From Chiloscyllium plagiosum (taxonomy: Eukaryota), in assembly GCF_004010195.1 (NCBI RefSeq), contig NC_057733.1, forward strand, positions 48,181,877 through 48,245,876: a DNA stretch of 64,000 bases, in the 5' to 3' direction. This document shows, one piece after another, positions 1 to 13,137 of the stretch. The notes beneath the pieces were generated by a model that searched no databases, had not been told where the DNA came from, and saw only the letters and a program-made list of their open reading frames with translations. The position numbers and the translations under genes were made by a program. How positions within the stretch are numbered: the stretch's first letter is position 1; each line of letters opens with the position of its first letter.

Positions 1-1383
1 AAGGGGAGTCGGGATAACCCTAGTAACTATAGGCCGGTGAGTCTCACTTCTGTTGTGGGCAAAATCTTAGAGAGAATTGTAAGGGATAGGATTTATGCAC
101 ATCTGGATAGGAATAATGTGATCAAGGATAGTCAGCATGGTTTTGTGAAGGGCAGGTCGTGCCTCACAAACCTTATTGAATTCTTTGTAAAGGTGAGGAA
201 GGAGGTTGATGTGACGGAAGCGGTAGATGTGGTGTATATGGATTTTAGTAAGGCGTTTGATAAGGTTCCCCATGGTAGACTACTGCAAAAACTACGGAGG
301 TATGGCATTGAGGGTGAGTTGGAGGTTTGGGTTAGGAATTGGCTGGATGGAAGAAGACAGAGGGTAGTAGTTGATGGCAAAGTTTCTTCATGGAGTGCCG
401 TCACTAGCGGTGTTCCGCAAGGATCTGTTTTGGGACCATTGCTGTTTGTCATTTTTATAAATGACCTGGAGGAGGGGTTAGAAGGTTGGGTGAGCAAGTT
501 TGCGGATGATACGAAAGTCGGTGGAGTTGTTGACAGTGAGGAAGGATGTGTCAGGTTACAGCGGGATATAGATAAGCTGCAGAACTGGGCAGAAAGGTGG
601 CAAATGGGGTTCAATGTAGCTAAGTGTGAGGTGATTCACTTTGGTAAGAGTAACAAAAGGATGGGGTACTGGGCTAATGGTCGGATACTTGGTAGTGTGG
701 ATGAGCAGAGGGATCTTGGTGTCCATGTACACAAATCTTTGAAAGTTGCCACCCAGGTAAATAGTGCGGTGAAGAAGGCATATGGCGTACTGGCTTTTAT
801 TGGTAGAGGAATTGAGTTCTGGAGTACTGAGGTCATGTTGCAGTTGTATAAGACTCTGGTGCTGCCGCATCTGGAGTATTGTGTGCAGTTTTGGTCGCCA
901 TACTATAGGAGGGATGTGGTGGCACTGGAACAGGTGCAGAGGAGGTTTACCTGGATGTTGCCTGGTATGGTAGGAAGATCGTGTGAGGAAAGGCTGAGGC
1001 ACTTGGGGTTGTTTTCATTGGAGAAAAGAAGGTTTAGGGGTGACTTGATAGAGGTGTACAAGATGATTAGGGGTTTAGATAGGGTTGACCATGAGAACCT
1101 TTTTCCACGTATGGAGTCAACCATTTACGAGGGGGCATAGCTTTAAATTAAGGGGTGGTAGGTATAGGACAGATGTTAGGGATAGATTCTTTACTCAGCG
1201 AGTTGAGTGTTCATGGAATGCCCCGCCAGTAGCAGTGGTGGACTCTCCCTCTTTATGGGCGTTTAAATGGGCATTGGATAGGCATATGGAGGATAGTGGG
1301 CTAGTGTAGGTTAGGTGGGCTTGGATCGGCGCAACATTGAGGGCCAAAGGGCCTGTACTGCACTGTATTTTTCTATGTTCTAT
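1..1383 (+). mobile_element. CR1-clade LINE, 3' part (reverse transcriptase and 3' tail), relatively young
   Basis: ORF 37-1140 has CR1 RT motifs (QHGFVKGRSCLTNL, DFSKAFDKV, GVPQGSVLGP, FADD); the element ends in a TTCTATG-type tail at about 1383. Confidence 0.95.
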
Positions 1384-1477
1384 GGGAAAGTAGGACAGTC
1401 CAAGAGGGCGGTGCAGATTTGGAAGGCTGGATCTGGGATAAGTGGGGTGGAGGGGTTGGGGGAAGGGGAAAATGGGG

Positions 1478-3760
1478 AAACTGAAGCCTCCTGTGCAGCA
1501 CCTTGTGAAACGCCTTCTTGAAGTTCAGGTAGATAACATCCATTGGCTCTCCTTGGTCTAACCTATTCATTATTTCCTCAAAGAATTCTCGCAGCTTTGT
1601 GAGGCATGACTTCCCTTTGATGAAACCATATTGACTTTGCCCTATTTTACCATACACTTCCAAGTATTCCGAAATCTCATCCTTCACAATCGTCTCAAAA
1701 ATCATTCCACGACAGAGGTTAGGCTAATCGGCCTGTAACTTTCTTTCTCCCTTTTTAAACAGGGGTGTCATGTTCACCATTTAACAATCCTCTGGGACCC
1801 TCCCTGACTCTAGCAATTCCTGAAAGATCACCACTATCTCTCTATCACCACTAACCTCTCCAGCTATCTCCTTTAAAACTCTGGGGTGTAGTCCATCTGG
1901 TCGAGGTGATGTATCCACTTTCAGGCCAGTTTTTCTAACACCTTCACCTTGGTGAATGCCACTATACTCAGTTCTGTCCCAATTCTCTTGAAATTTTTGG
2001 AATATTACTCATGTCTTTCAATGTGAAGACTGACACATACTAACTATTCAGTTCCTCAGCCATTTCCTTATTCCCCACTAGTTTCTCTCCAGCAGATTGA
2101 TGTCCACTTTTGCCTCTCCTTTGCTCTTTAGATATCTAAAGAAACTCTCAGTCTTCCTTTATTACTGGCTAGCTTACCCTCGCATTTAATCTTCTCTCTA
2201 TTTCTTTTTTGTTGCCCTCTGTTGGTCTTTATAAGCTTCCCAATCCTCTGGTTTCCCAGTGCCTTTCACCACATTATATGCTTTCTTTTTTGGTTTTACG
2301 CTATCCCCGACTTCCTTAGCCATAGTTGCCTCATTGTCCCTGTACCATGCTTCTTTTACCTCGGGACGCATTTTTGCTATGTTTCCTTAACTACTCCCAG
2401 AAACTGGCGGCAATTGCTGTTCCACTGTCTTTCCTGCTTGGCTCCTCCCCCAGTCAATTCTGCCCAGCTTCTCCCTAATGCCTCTGTAATTGCCTTTATT
2501 CACATGTAGTTACACAGTCAATAGCCTCCACCATTTCCACTGCTATATCGATGACTATCGGCGTTACCTCATGCTCCCAAGAAGAGGTTGAACAGTTCAC
2601 TAACTTTACCAACACCTTCCACTCTGACCTCAAGTTCACATGGACCATCTCTGACACCTCCCTCCCTTTCCTGGACATCTCTGTCTCCATCTCCGACGAC
2701 CGACTCCCACAGCTACCTTGACAACACTTCTTCCCCCACACACCCAGATGTCCTGTTTCAGGGACCACAAATTTCCCCTCTCACTTGATCAACAATGCCC
2801 GCCAGTGCATCACCTTCGCTCTCAAACCCCACCTCTCCAACCACAACAAGGTTAGAACCCTGGTCCTCACCTTCCACCCCAATAATCTCTGAATTCAGCT
2901 CATTATCCTCTACTATTTCCACCACCCACAAAGATATAATTCCATCCTCACCCCATCTGCGTTCAGCAGAGACCATTCGCTCTGCGACTCCCTTGTTAGG
3001 TCCATACCCCCCAATCAACCCCATCCACACCTGGCACATTCCCGTGCCACTGCACGAGGTGCAAAACCTGTGCCTTCACCTCTCTTCTCACCTCCGCCCA
3101 AGGCCCCAAAGGATCTTTTCACATCCAACAGATTTTCCTGCACATCCACCCACCTCATCTACTGCATCTGTTGCTCTTGATGTGGTCTCCTCTACATTGG
3201 GGAGAGAACACCAACTCGCGGAGTGTTTCAGAGAACAATTCTGGGAAGCACACACCAAACAATCCCACCACCCTGTGGCCGACCACTTCAACTCCACGTC
3301 CCACTCCAACAAGGACATGCAAGTCCTGGCCGTCTCTACCGCCAAATCAAAACCACAAGCCAACTGGAAGAAGAATGCCTTATCTTCCACCTTGGGACTC
3401 TTCAACCAACACAGACTTCACAAGTATCCAAATATTCCCCCTATCACCAACACCCCCCAAATCCCAGATCCAATCCTCCAACTCGGCACCACCTTATTCT
3501 CATCTGTTCATCTTCCTTCCCATTGACCTATCACAATTAACCTCTACCTGCATCCATCTATCACGTTCCCACCTAACTTCCCTCTCCCTCCTACCTCCGT
3601 CCTGATGAAAGGCTTATGCCCAAATACTCCAAGGAGCAGGATAGTGCCTGACCTGCTGTGCTTCTACAGCGCCACACTTTGATTCTTTATTCAGTTGTAA
3701 TACTGCTATCTCTGATACCATCTTCTCCCTCCCAAATTGCATCAATGTCAAAATAACCCA
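1478..3760 (-). mobile_element. Degenerate CR1 LINE fragment, interrupted by a Penelope-like insertion at about 2509-3684
   Basis: The minus-strand ORF 1373-1705 reads SQYGFIKGKSCLTKL...DVIYLNFKKAFHKV. Boundaries are approximate. Confidence 0.75.
2509..3684 (+). mobile_element. Penelope-like element (Neptune-like) remnant: RT, GIY-YIG and degenerate hammerhead terminus
   Basis: Frame fragments read FHSDLKFTWTISDTSLPFLDISV and LIYCICCS*CGLLYIGE. CCTGATGAAAGGCTTATGCCC lies at 3601. CTTTATTCA is repeated at 2494-2502 and 3685-3693 (probable TSD). Confidence 0.8.
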
Positions 3761-4041
3761 TGATACCTGGTAATAATTCACAACTAGCAGTTGTGGCAGA
3801 ACCTATTTCAGCCATCTGCAAAAAATGCACTGCATGAAGATACCTGATCCCCTGTGGACTTGATTTGCTGCATGTCCAGTATCTAACTCAGATAGAAGGA
3901 TGCTGACCATATTTAGTCAGTTATCCCTGCAGCTGGACTGTATCTTCAAATATTATGTGATTATGTTAGCATTGCTAATAGAGCAACTTAGTGAATAGAA
4001 ATCTATAATGAATTGTATTCCAGTAAAATGATTATTGTTAC

Positions 4042-4147
4042 CTTTCTCCACCAGAGCAAACGCTGCCGTATCCAGTAGTCTAGCCATTGGCCTGAAGTCC
4101 GAGGAGAACTAAACCATACTAACGACGCAATGTCCACCTCCCCTGTT
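4042..4147 (-). CDS. POLG2: POLG2 coding exon 3 (mitochondrial DNA polymerase gamma accessory subunit)
   Basis: 106 nt, AG/GT flanked, translating to [35 protein letters not shown]. This matches the POLG2 motif SLVWF..PRTS.QWLD.W...RL.WWRK. Phase-2 entry fits exon 2. Confidence 0.95.
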
Positions 4148-5285
4148 CTTTAAAGTAATGGGAAATTAAAACTGAGAACATAACAAAAGTAATTAATTTG
4201 TACTTTACATTAGTCAAATGATAGAATTCTAACATTTTCACTTGGCACATTGACTTTCTCGCCACACTCCTTTCTCCTCTCCATCTTTTTTTGTTTTAAA
4301 AAGATATTTTTCTTCAGATGACAGAATGATCAACTGAATAGGGTCATTTACTTTCACAGACAATATTAAAATAGGAAACAGTGCAGATGAAGACTGCAAG
4401 ACATTACAATATAATATTAATGAGATGGTGGCATATTCAATTCAATATTAGTAATTATAAAAAGGTTGTACAGCTTTTAGTTATAAAACTAAAAGGAACA
4501 TTGTGAATTGAGACATCTAGGTGATATAGAAGATGAAAGCAATTTGGGTGCTTAAAATACATTAGAAGCAGGAAATCAAGTGATCAAGATCCTGGTTTAA
4601 AAGCAAGAAACATAGAATATACAAGTTGGAACATACAGGCAGTCCCCAGGTTACAACCAAGTTCCATTCCCAAGTCAATTTGTGTATAAATCAGAGCACA
4701 ATACAGTAGAATATAAAAATATTGGGTGGAGGAGGGTTGTTTTTCAGACTGGATGCCTGTGACCAAGAATCGGAGCTGGCTCCACTACTTTTCGTCATTT
4801 ATATAAATTATTTGGATGCGAGCTTAAAAGATGTACAGTTAATGAGTTTGCAGATGACACCTAAATTGGAGGTGTAGTGGACAGTGATGGAGGTTACCTC
4901 AGATTACAAGGGGATCTTAAGCAGATGGGCCAATGGGCTGAGAAGTGACAGATGGAGTTTAGTTCAGATAAATGCAAGGTGCTGAATTTTAGGAAAGTAA
5001 ATCTTAGCAGGATTTATACACTTAATGGTAAGGTCCTAGGGAGAGTTGCTGAACAAAGAGACCTTGGAGTGCAGATTCATAGCACTTGAAAGTGGAGTCA
5101 CAGGTAGGTAGGATAGTGAAGGTGGTGTTTGGTATGCTTTCCACTGATGGTCAAGAATATTGAGTACAGGAGTTGGGATGTCATGTTGCAGCTGTACAGG
5201 CCATTGTTAGAATATTGCATGCAATTCCGGTCTCCTTCCTATCGAAAAGATGGTGTGAAACTTGAAAGGGTTCAGAAAAGATTTA

Positions 5286-5828
5286 CAGAGGAACCTTGAT
5301 TATCAGAATACCAATTATCCGAAAATCGGATTATCCGAAGGAGATCTTGAGGTCCCGATGGAAACATTACATCAAAGACGTGTTTCCAACGGTGGTCTTT
5401 TGTTTACAGAGATTAAACAGGCACCGTCTCCAAATGACTGTCTGCCTACCTTCTCTCTCTCCTCTCACTTTCCCTGGAGTTCTACACAGGGGTGTACCCT
5501 AAACTAAACAGCCCTTCCCCAGATAATCTCTCCAACATTGTCCTGCACTGGGCAAATTGGAACCTGTCAAAAAGTTGCAGCAAAAGGTTGTGTGTGGGGC
5601 TGTGGCTGCATGTGTGTGTGCTTGCGTGCTCTATTTGGAGACTTACCCCACAAAGGCAACTGCAGGAGTCTTGTCGTTGGTGTCCACTCCAGGTGCCTCA
5701 GAGAGGGGGCGGGCGAGTGGGGGAGGGGATGGTGATGTTGATGGTGTCAGGGGCAGGAAGCGTAGTGTTGGAGGCCGGTGCTGCACAGGAGTGGGGGGGG
5801 GGGGGGGGGGGGGGGGGGAAGGGGGGTG
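5286..5828. mobile_element. Probable pogo/Tigger-type DNA transposon end inserted at a TA inside the CR1
   Basis: TA|CAGAGGAACCTTGATTATC... with repeated ATTATCCGAA subterminal motifs interrupts the CR1 exactly at AAGATTTA. The other TIR is not visible and may lie in the gap. Confidence 0.55.
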
Positions 5829-5873
5829 NNNNNNNNNNNNNNNNNNNNNNNNNNNNNNNNNNNNNNNNNNNNN
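5829..5873. other. Assembly gap (N run) after a poly-G tract
   Basis: Run of N bases. Confidence 1.
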
Positions 5874-6466
5874 CAGAGGTTGAGGGGTGACCTTATAGAG
5901 GTTTACAAAATTATAAGGGGCACGGATAGGATAAATAGACAAAGCCTTCTCCCTGGGGTGGAGGAGTCCAGAACTAGAGGGCATAGGTTTAGGGTGAGAG
6001 GGGAAAGATATAAAAGAGACGTAAGGAGCAACTTTTTCATGCAGAGGGTGGCAAGTGTATGGAATGAGCTGCCAGAGGAAGTGGTAGAGGCTGGTACAAT
6101 TACAACATTTAAGAGGCATTTGGATGGGCATATAAATAGAAAGGGTTTGGAAGGTTATGGGCCAGGTGTTGGCAGGTGGGACTAGATTGGATTGGGATAT
6201 CTGGTCGGCATGGACCGCCCCAGCCCCCAACCTCATTCAACACCACCCCATGCTTCCAACATTGTGCAACACCGCCCCCACACCCACTCTCATGCAACAC
6301 CACCTCTCTCCCCCCCCCTCCAACAACACTGGTCCCAACCCTGTCCAAACCGCCCCCACCGCCCCAACACCCCTATGCTGCACATCTCTTTGAGTGAATG
6401 TTAGATTCTTAAAATTAATACTAATAGAGGAACTCACTTGTAATTACGACTTAAAACTTAGAAGGC

Positions 6467-6789
6467 TTAGAATCCCTATAGTGTGGAAACAGGCCCTTCG
6501 GCCCAACAAGTCCACACCGACCCTCCGAAGAGTAACCCACCCAGATCCACTCCCTTATTTCTCTACATTTCCCCTGACTAATGCACTTAACACGATGAGT
6601 AATTTAGCATGGCCAATCCACCTAACCTGCACACCTTTGGATGGTGGGAGGAAACTGGAGCACCCAGAGGAAACCCATGCAGACACAGGAAGAATGTGCA
6701 AACTCCAGACACACAGTGGCCAGAAGCTGGAATCGAACCTGGGTCCCTGGTGTTGTGAGGCTGCAGTGCTAACTGCTGAGCCACCGTGC
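6467..6789 (-). mobile_element. tRNA-derived V-SINE (HE1-like)
   Basis: The minus strand begins GCACGGTGGCTCAGCAGTTAGCACTG (A box) and has GGTTCGATTCC (B box), the V-domain GGAGTTTGCACATTCT and the LINE-shared tail GGGCCGAAGGGCCTGTTTCC. Confidence 0.9.
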
Positions 6790-6997
6790 ATGGTCAGAAG
6801 TAGAACATTCATAAATCAGAGATCCCCTGTGAGATCCAACTGATTGAAAACATGTTGCAGCAAGAGAAGGTCAAGCACAGATTCACCATCACAGAGACCT
6901 TTAAGAAAAAAATTGTTTTATGTTTGTGACAAAGTAATACAGCTGATCAATGACACACTAAGCATGAATTCAACATATCTTGAATTAAATCTCTCAC

Positions 6998-7127
6998 CTT
7001 ACAATGTTATATGCAGTTGGGTGTTTGCTAGTAGGAAAGGGCTGATAACACACTCCAATCTCAGCCAAACCAAATGGTAATTTCCTGTTCACAAGATTTA
7101 AAGACCTAGTATATTCTTGAATAGCTC
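6998..7127 (-). CDS. POLG2: POLG2 coding exon 2
   Basis: 130 nt, ctacAG...GTgaga flanked, translating to GAIQEYTRSLNLVNRKLPFGLAEIGVCYQPFPTSKHPTAYNIVR (POLG2 LVN.KLP.GLA.IGVC motif). Phases 1 and 2 fit the neighbouring exons. Confidence 0.95.
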
Positions 7128-7284
7128 CTGTAGAGAATCAAGAAAATGTGCATTTCAGACTTGAAATAAAGCATTATTTTATGATTAATATTAGAAATAA
7201 AACCGTTCACAAATCATGGCTAGCTTTAACTTTGAAATGCTTACTTTACTTGTCTGATATGATATAATGTAATTAATTTCTATA

Positions 7285-7600
7285 CTTTATTCATTTATGG
7301 GATGTGAGCATCACCGGCTAAGTCAGTATTTATTGCCTATCCCTAATTACCCAAAGAGGCAGTTAGAGCAATCATATTGCTGTGGATCTAAGAGTCAGAT
7401 ATAGGCCAGACTACATATGAATATCAGTTCCCTTCCCAAATGACACTCGTGAACCAGGTGAGTCTTTCTGACAATCAACAAATTGTTTCAGTCATTACAC
7501 CTTTAATCCCAGATTTTTACTGAATTCAAATTCCAAAATCTGATATGGTGGGATTCAAACCCAGGTCTCCGAATTTACAATCTAATGATAATACTTTTAT
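7285..7600 (-). mobile_element. Old SINE with CR1-type tail (SacSINE1/Deu-SINE-like); related copies at about 30940-31160 and 31435-31740
   Basis: B-box-like GGGTTTGAATCCCACC on the minus strand near 7550 and a CR1-like tail at the left end. The same layout recurs at 31435-31740. Family assignment is from memory. Confidence 0.55.
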
Positions 7601-8119
7601 GCAGTCACTTAACAATCTTAGTACAAATCAACTACTTACGACCCCTACAGTACACACGTATGCTAAAATAGTCTTTGCATTTAACATATCTAAATTTTCC
7701 TACATCTTTTGTATGTATGCCTATGTTTTTAAACATTTGCCACTGCAAATAGTGCAAATGTATTCAATGGTAAATTAGACAAGCACAGGAGGAGAAAAGA
7801 ATAGGTTCATAGGATCAGATGAGGCTTGCATGTGTCTACACATTGTTGTGGGCCTATGTCAATAACCTACTTCTGTGTTGGTAATACAATGTAAATATAT
7901 TCTATGCAATGCTCCCATGGACACATCTAGTACAGGGCCATCCGTTTACGTGGATGAGAAGATATGATCGAGAAAGTACGGACAGTGTCCTTTCAGATTT
8001 CCCAAAGCCAGAATACTGTGACCAATTGCAGCGCATCCTTCACTGCCATGACTGAACTGGTTTCTAAGGGCCAGAAGCATCATAGTATTGAGTGAATGAT
8101 CCATCTTATCCTCTTCCAG

Positions 8120-9600
8120 AGGTCCCTTGCATCACTGATCGCAGTTTGCAACCAATTCAATTCACTCCAAATATTTAAAAAAATAGTAGGAGGCATTAGA
8201 TACTGAAAGGCAACAGATCCTGACAACATTCCAGCAATATTACTTAAGACTTGGCTCCAGAAATTGTTGCAACCCTAGCCAAGCTGCTCCAGTAGTGTTA
8301 CAATATGGCAACTGATCAACAATTTGGAAAATTGCCCAAGTATCTTCCATGCATAAAAAGCAGGACAAATCCAACCTGGCCAATTAGCTCTCGGTGAGCC
8401 TGCTCACGATCATCAGTAAACTGATGGTAAGCGCCAAAGTGGTATCAAACAGCAATTCTCAGCAGTAACCTATACCGTGATTCTCAGTTGTGTTCTGCCA
8501 GGGCTAAATTCTAGGTTAAGTGAGTGTGATTGCCCTTGACATCAATGCTACATTTGACTAAGTGTGGCATTAAGGAGCCCTAGCAAAACTGCAGTTACTG
8601 GATATCGGAAAGAAAACTCTCCACTTGGAGTCATTCTTGGCACATAGGCAGATGGCTGTGATCTTTGGATGTCAGTCATGACAACTCCAGGGCATCTCTG
8701 TAGGAATTCCTAAGAAATATGTCCTGGGACCAATCATCTTCAGCTGCAACAATGATCATCTCTCCATCGTAAGGTCAAAAATAGAGCTGTTTGCTGATCG
8801 TTTCACAATATTCAACACCATTTGTCACTCCTAAGATATTAAAGTAGTCTATCTCCAAATGCAACAAGACCCAGATACTACCAAGCTTGGTCTGAAAAGC
8901 AGTACTAACAGTCATACTACACAAAGACCATTTAACAAACACTCCTTGACATTACCATCATTGAATATCCTAACAAAATCATGGGGATTGCCAGTGACCA
9001 GAAACTCAACTGGATTCACCATAAAAATACAGTGGCCAGGAATATTACAGCAAGTAACACCTTGACTGTCTAAAGCCTGTCTATCATCTACAAGGCACAA
9101 GTCAGGAATGTGATGGAATACTTCCCACTTGCCTGAATGAATGCAGCTTCAAAAACACAAGCAGCTTACACAATCTAGGACAAAGCAGCCCACTTGACTG
9201 GCCCCTTATCTACAAACAACCCCCCCCTCCCCCCCAATCGACACTCTATTGCAGCATCTATGTACCATCTATAAGATGCTCGACAGAAATTCACCAATGC
9301 TCCTTAGACTGCACCTTCTAAACCCATGACTACTACCAAGTAGAAGGACAAAGATAGCAGATACATGGGAACACCTCCAACTGCAAGTTCCCTTTCAAAC
9401 TACTCATGACCTTGATTTGCAAAGATATTGTTCCTCCGATGTCACTGGGTCAAAATCCTGACATTGTCTACCTGTGGGTCCACCTACAGCACACGGATTG
9501 CAGTGATTCAAGAAGGCAGCTCACAACCACCTGAAGGGCAACTAGAGGCAGGTAATAAATGCCAGCCTGATCACCAACCACAATCGAGTGAATAATGAAA
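8120..9600 (+). mobile_element. Old degenerate CR1-like LINE fragment
   Basis: Decayed RT motifs (ALDINATFD*VWH, LFAD). The 3' UTR GCAGTGATTCAAGAAGGCAGCTCAC...ATAAATGCCAGCC is shared with other copies in the window. Confidence 0.7.
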
Positions 9601-10012
9601 AACAGATGCCAATTTTCAACCAGTTAAATTATTTCACATAACAAAGAAAGAGGTAAATATACAAAGGTTTTGGGGGCAAATTATATTGCAGTAATACTGA
9701 AGACTTGCACTCCAGAACTAGATGCGCCCATAACCAAGCTATTTTAGTACCCAAATTATAACCGGAATGTGGAAATGGTTGGTTGTTATGTCCTGTCCAC
9801 AAAATGCAGGACAAATTCATAACCAGCCAGTTACACCCCTACAGTCTCCTCTCAGTCATCAGCCAATTGATAAAAGGTGATGTGTACACAGCAACAGCCT
9901 GTGCAATAATGCACACTATGAGCTCCACCGCCACTTGAATTCTGACTTCATTACAGCCTTGCTCCAATTACTGACAAAAGACCTTTTTGTTGCAATGCCA
10001 CTACCAGTTAGA

Positions 10013-10218
10013 AGTAAGCGAGGACTGCAGATGCTGGAGATCAGTCGAGAGTGTGGTGCTGGAAAAGCACATCAGGTCAGACAGCATCTGAGAAGCAGAA
10101 GAATTGATGTTTCGGGCATGAGCCCTTCATCAGGAACGAAAGGGTCATGCCCGAAACGTCGATTCTCCTGCTCCTCAGATGCTGCCTGACCTGCTGTGTT
10201 TTTCCAGCACCATACTCC
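10013..10218. mobile_element. Head-to-head inverted pair of Penelope-like terminal (hammerhead) cassettes, flanked by a 15-bp TSD
   Basis: The arms at about 10049-10130 and 10137-10217 are reverse complements. TSD CCACTACCA(G/A)TTAGA at 9998-10012 and 10219-10233. Confidence 0.85.
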
Positions 10219-10334
10219 CCACTACCAATTAGAGACTGCTTGCCAACCAATCAGCACTTTCCTCTCAAACAGTACAAATATTGTTTTCCATTGACAATGA
10301 TATTTCTTAAGCATTGTCCTGATGTGTGCAAGAT

Positions 10335-13137
10335 GAAGTTAAAGTGTGTCTGCTTTAACACAAGGAGTGTCAGAAATAAGAGTGATGAACTTGGAGCATG
10401 GACCAGTACTTGGAACTATTATGTTGTTGCCATAACAGAGACGCGAGTTTCACAGGCGCAGGAGTGGTATGCTAGATGTTCCAGGATTTAGAACGTTTAA
10501 AAAGAACATGGAGGGTGGAAAAAGAGGAGGGGGTGTAACATTGCTAATCAGAGAGTGCATCACAGCTACCGAAATGAAGGTTGTTGAGGAAGGCTTGTCT
10601 ACTAAGTCAGTATGGATGGGTGGAAGTTAGGAACAGCAAGGGAGCAGCCATCTCACTGGGGGTTTTCTATAGACCCCCTAATAACAGTAGTGAGATTGAA
10701 GAACTCATAGGCCAGCAGATTTTGGAAAAATGTAGATGTAGCAGGGTATTTGTTATGGGTGACTTGAACTTTCCCAATATCGACTGAAACCTCCTTAGTG
10801 CAGATGGTTTGGATGGAGAGTTTTTGTCAGGTGTGTTCAGGAGGGTTTCCTTACTCAATATGTAGACATGCCAATGAGGGGCGGGGTCATTTTGGATTTG
10901 GTGCTCAGCAAAGAGCCAGGACAGGTGTCAGATCTCGCGGTGGGAGAACACTTTGGTGACAGTGAGCACAAGTGCCTCACATTTACCACGGTCTTGGAGA
11001 GGAAAAGGAGCAGTTACCAAGGGAAGATATTTAATATGGGAAAAGGATATCAAGACGCTATCAGACACGAGTTGGGAAATACAGACTGGGAGCAATTGTT
11101 CCACAGGAAAGGCACAGCAGACATGTGGATACCGATTAAGGAGCAGTTGTTGTGACTGTTGCAAGAATTTGGCCCTCTGAGACAGGTTAGAAGGGGTAAG
11201 ATTAAGGAGCCTTGGATGATGAGAACAGAGGAGCTTCTCCGTCAAAAGGAAGAAGGCAGCTTACGTAAGGTGGAGGAAACAAGGATCAGGTACAGCTTTA
11301 GAGGATTACAGGTTTGCTAGAAAGGAGTTCAGAAATGGACTGAGGAGAGCCAGGAGGGGGCATGAGAAAGGCTTGTCAGGAAGGATTAGGGAGAACCCAA
11401 AGGCATTTTACTCATACGTGACGTATAAGAGAATGATCAGAGAAAAGGTAGGGCCAATCAGGGATAGCGTAGGGAACTTGTGTGTGGAGTCTGAGCAGAT
11501 AGAGAAGCCCTACGTGAGCTTTTTGCTTTGGTTTTTACTAAGGAAAGGGACCTGGTTGTGATTGAGAACTTTGAGGAGCTGGGAAACAGGCTTGAACAGA
11601 TCAAGATTGAGGAAGTTGATGTACTGGAAAGTTTGGTAAACAGTAAGATTGCTAAGTCCTCAGGGCCAGACCAGATTTATCCCAAGCTGCTCCGGGAAGC
11701 AAGAAAGGAGGTTGCTAAGCTGGGGAAGAGCTTGGCTTCCTCACTCTCCATGGGAGTTATACCAGAGGACTGGAAGGAGATGAATGTTGTTCCTCTTTTC
11801 AAGAAAAGCAATAGGGAAATCCCTGGCAATTATAGACCAGTCAGTCTTCCATCTGTGGTCAGCAAGGTTTTGGAAAGAATTGAGGGATAGGATTTATGAC
11901 GATTTGGAAAAGCATAGCATGATTAAAGGCACTCAGCATGGCTTTGTGAGGGGCAGGTTATGCCTAACTAACCTTATTGAGTTCTTTGAGGTGGTGACAA
12001 GACAGGTCAACGAAGGTTGACCAGTGGATTTGGTGTATATGCACTTCAGCAAGGCATTTGATAAAGGTTCCCCATGGTAGGCTCATTCATAAAGTCAGGA
12101 GGTATGGCATACAGGGAGATTTGGCTATCTGGATTCAGATTTGGTTGGCTAACAGAGTGGTTGTAGATAGAAAGTATTCTGCCTGGAGGTCAGTGTTGAG
12201 TGGTGTCCTGCAGGACTGTGTTCGTCGGCCTTGGCTCTTTGTAGTTTTTATAAATTACTTGGATGAGGAGGTTGAGAAGCGGGGTAGTAAATTTGCAGTT
12301 GACACAAAGGTTAGAGGTGCTACTGCAGGCTGCAGCGCAACACAGACAGGATGCAGAGTTGGGCTGAGAAATGGCAGATGGAGTTCAACCTGGATAAATG
12401 CGAAATGATGCATTTTGGAAGGTCGAACTCGAATGCTTAGTATAGGATTAAAGACAGGGTTCTTGGCAGTGTGGAGGAACAGAGGAATCTTGGTGTTTAA
12501 GTACATAGATCCCTCAAAGTTGCTACCCAAGTGTGGTTAAGCATACATATGGTGTTTTGTCTTTCATTCATGGGGGATAGAGTTTAAGAGGTTTTGCTAC
12601 AGCTCTACAAGTCCATGGTGAGACCACACTTGGAATATTGTGTCCTGTTCTGGTCGTCCTACATAGGGGAGATACAAAGGCTTTGGAGAGGGTGCAAAGA
12701 AGGTTTACTAGGACGCTGCCTGGACTGGAGGTTGACTAAGCTCGGAATTTTCTCTCGGGAGAGGAGTAGAAAGAGAGGTGACCTGATCGAGTATACAAGG
12801 TAATGAGAGGCATGGATATAGAGTCAATAGCCAGAAACGTTTCCCCAGGGCAGGATTGACTGGCACGAGGGGATGTAGTTTTAAGGTATCAGGAGGAAGG
12901 TATAGAGGAGACGTCAGAGGTAGGTTCTTTACAGAGTTGTGAATGCATGAATACGTTGCCGGGGTGGTGGTGGAAGCCGAGTCATTAGGGACATTTAAGC
13001 AACTGCTGGACATCCACACGGACAGCAGTGAATTGAGGGGTGTATAGGTTAGGTGTTATTTTATTTGACGTTAGGATTAATCCTTGGCACAACATCGTGG
13101 GCCAAAGGGCCTGTTCTGTGCTGTACTTTTCTATGTT
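10335..13137 (+). mobile_element. CR1 LINE spanning endonuclease, RT and 3' tail (frameshifted)
   Basis: ORF fragments LKCVCFNTRSVRNK, GVFYRPPN, MGDLNFPNID, ILDLVL, NYRPVSL, QHGFVRGR; tail TTTTCTATGT at about 13136. Confidence 0.95.

Larger units (their letters stand above)
4722..6215 (+). mobile_element. CR1/HER1-like LINE 3' fragment, split by a Tigger-like insertion and an assembly gap
   Basis: FADD-region and LERVQKRF-like sequence at 4722-5285. It resumes after the gap at 5874 with RLRGDLIEVYKI...RGHRFRV and 3' UTR. Confidence 0.85.

Noticed and set aside
37-1140. 367-aa RT ORF as a domesticated gene or a retron-like system
   Set aside because: It is an ordinary CR1 ORF2 3' part, with a frameshift near its end and a CR1 tail; the window has many paralogous fragments.
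6213-6385. CAACAC/CCCC quasi-periodic tract as a CRISPR-like array
   Set aside because: It is irregular low-complexity sequence with no constant repeat or spacer length, in a eukaryotic context.
6730-6789. tRNA genes suggested by A/B boxes here and at 26134 and 44712
   Set aside because: These are SINE heads that continue into a V-domain and a LINE-derived tail, without a full cloverleaf.
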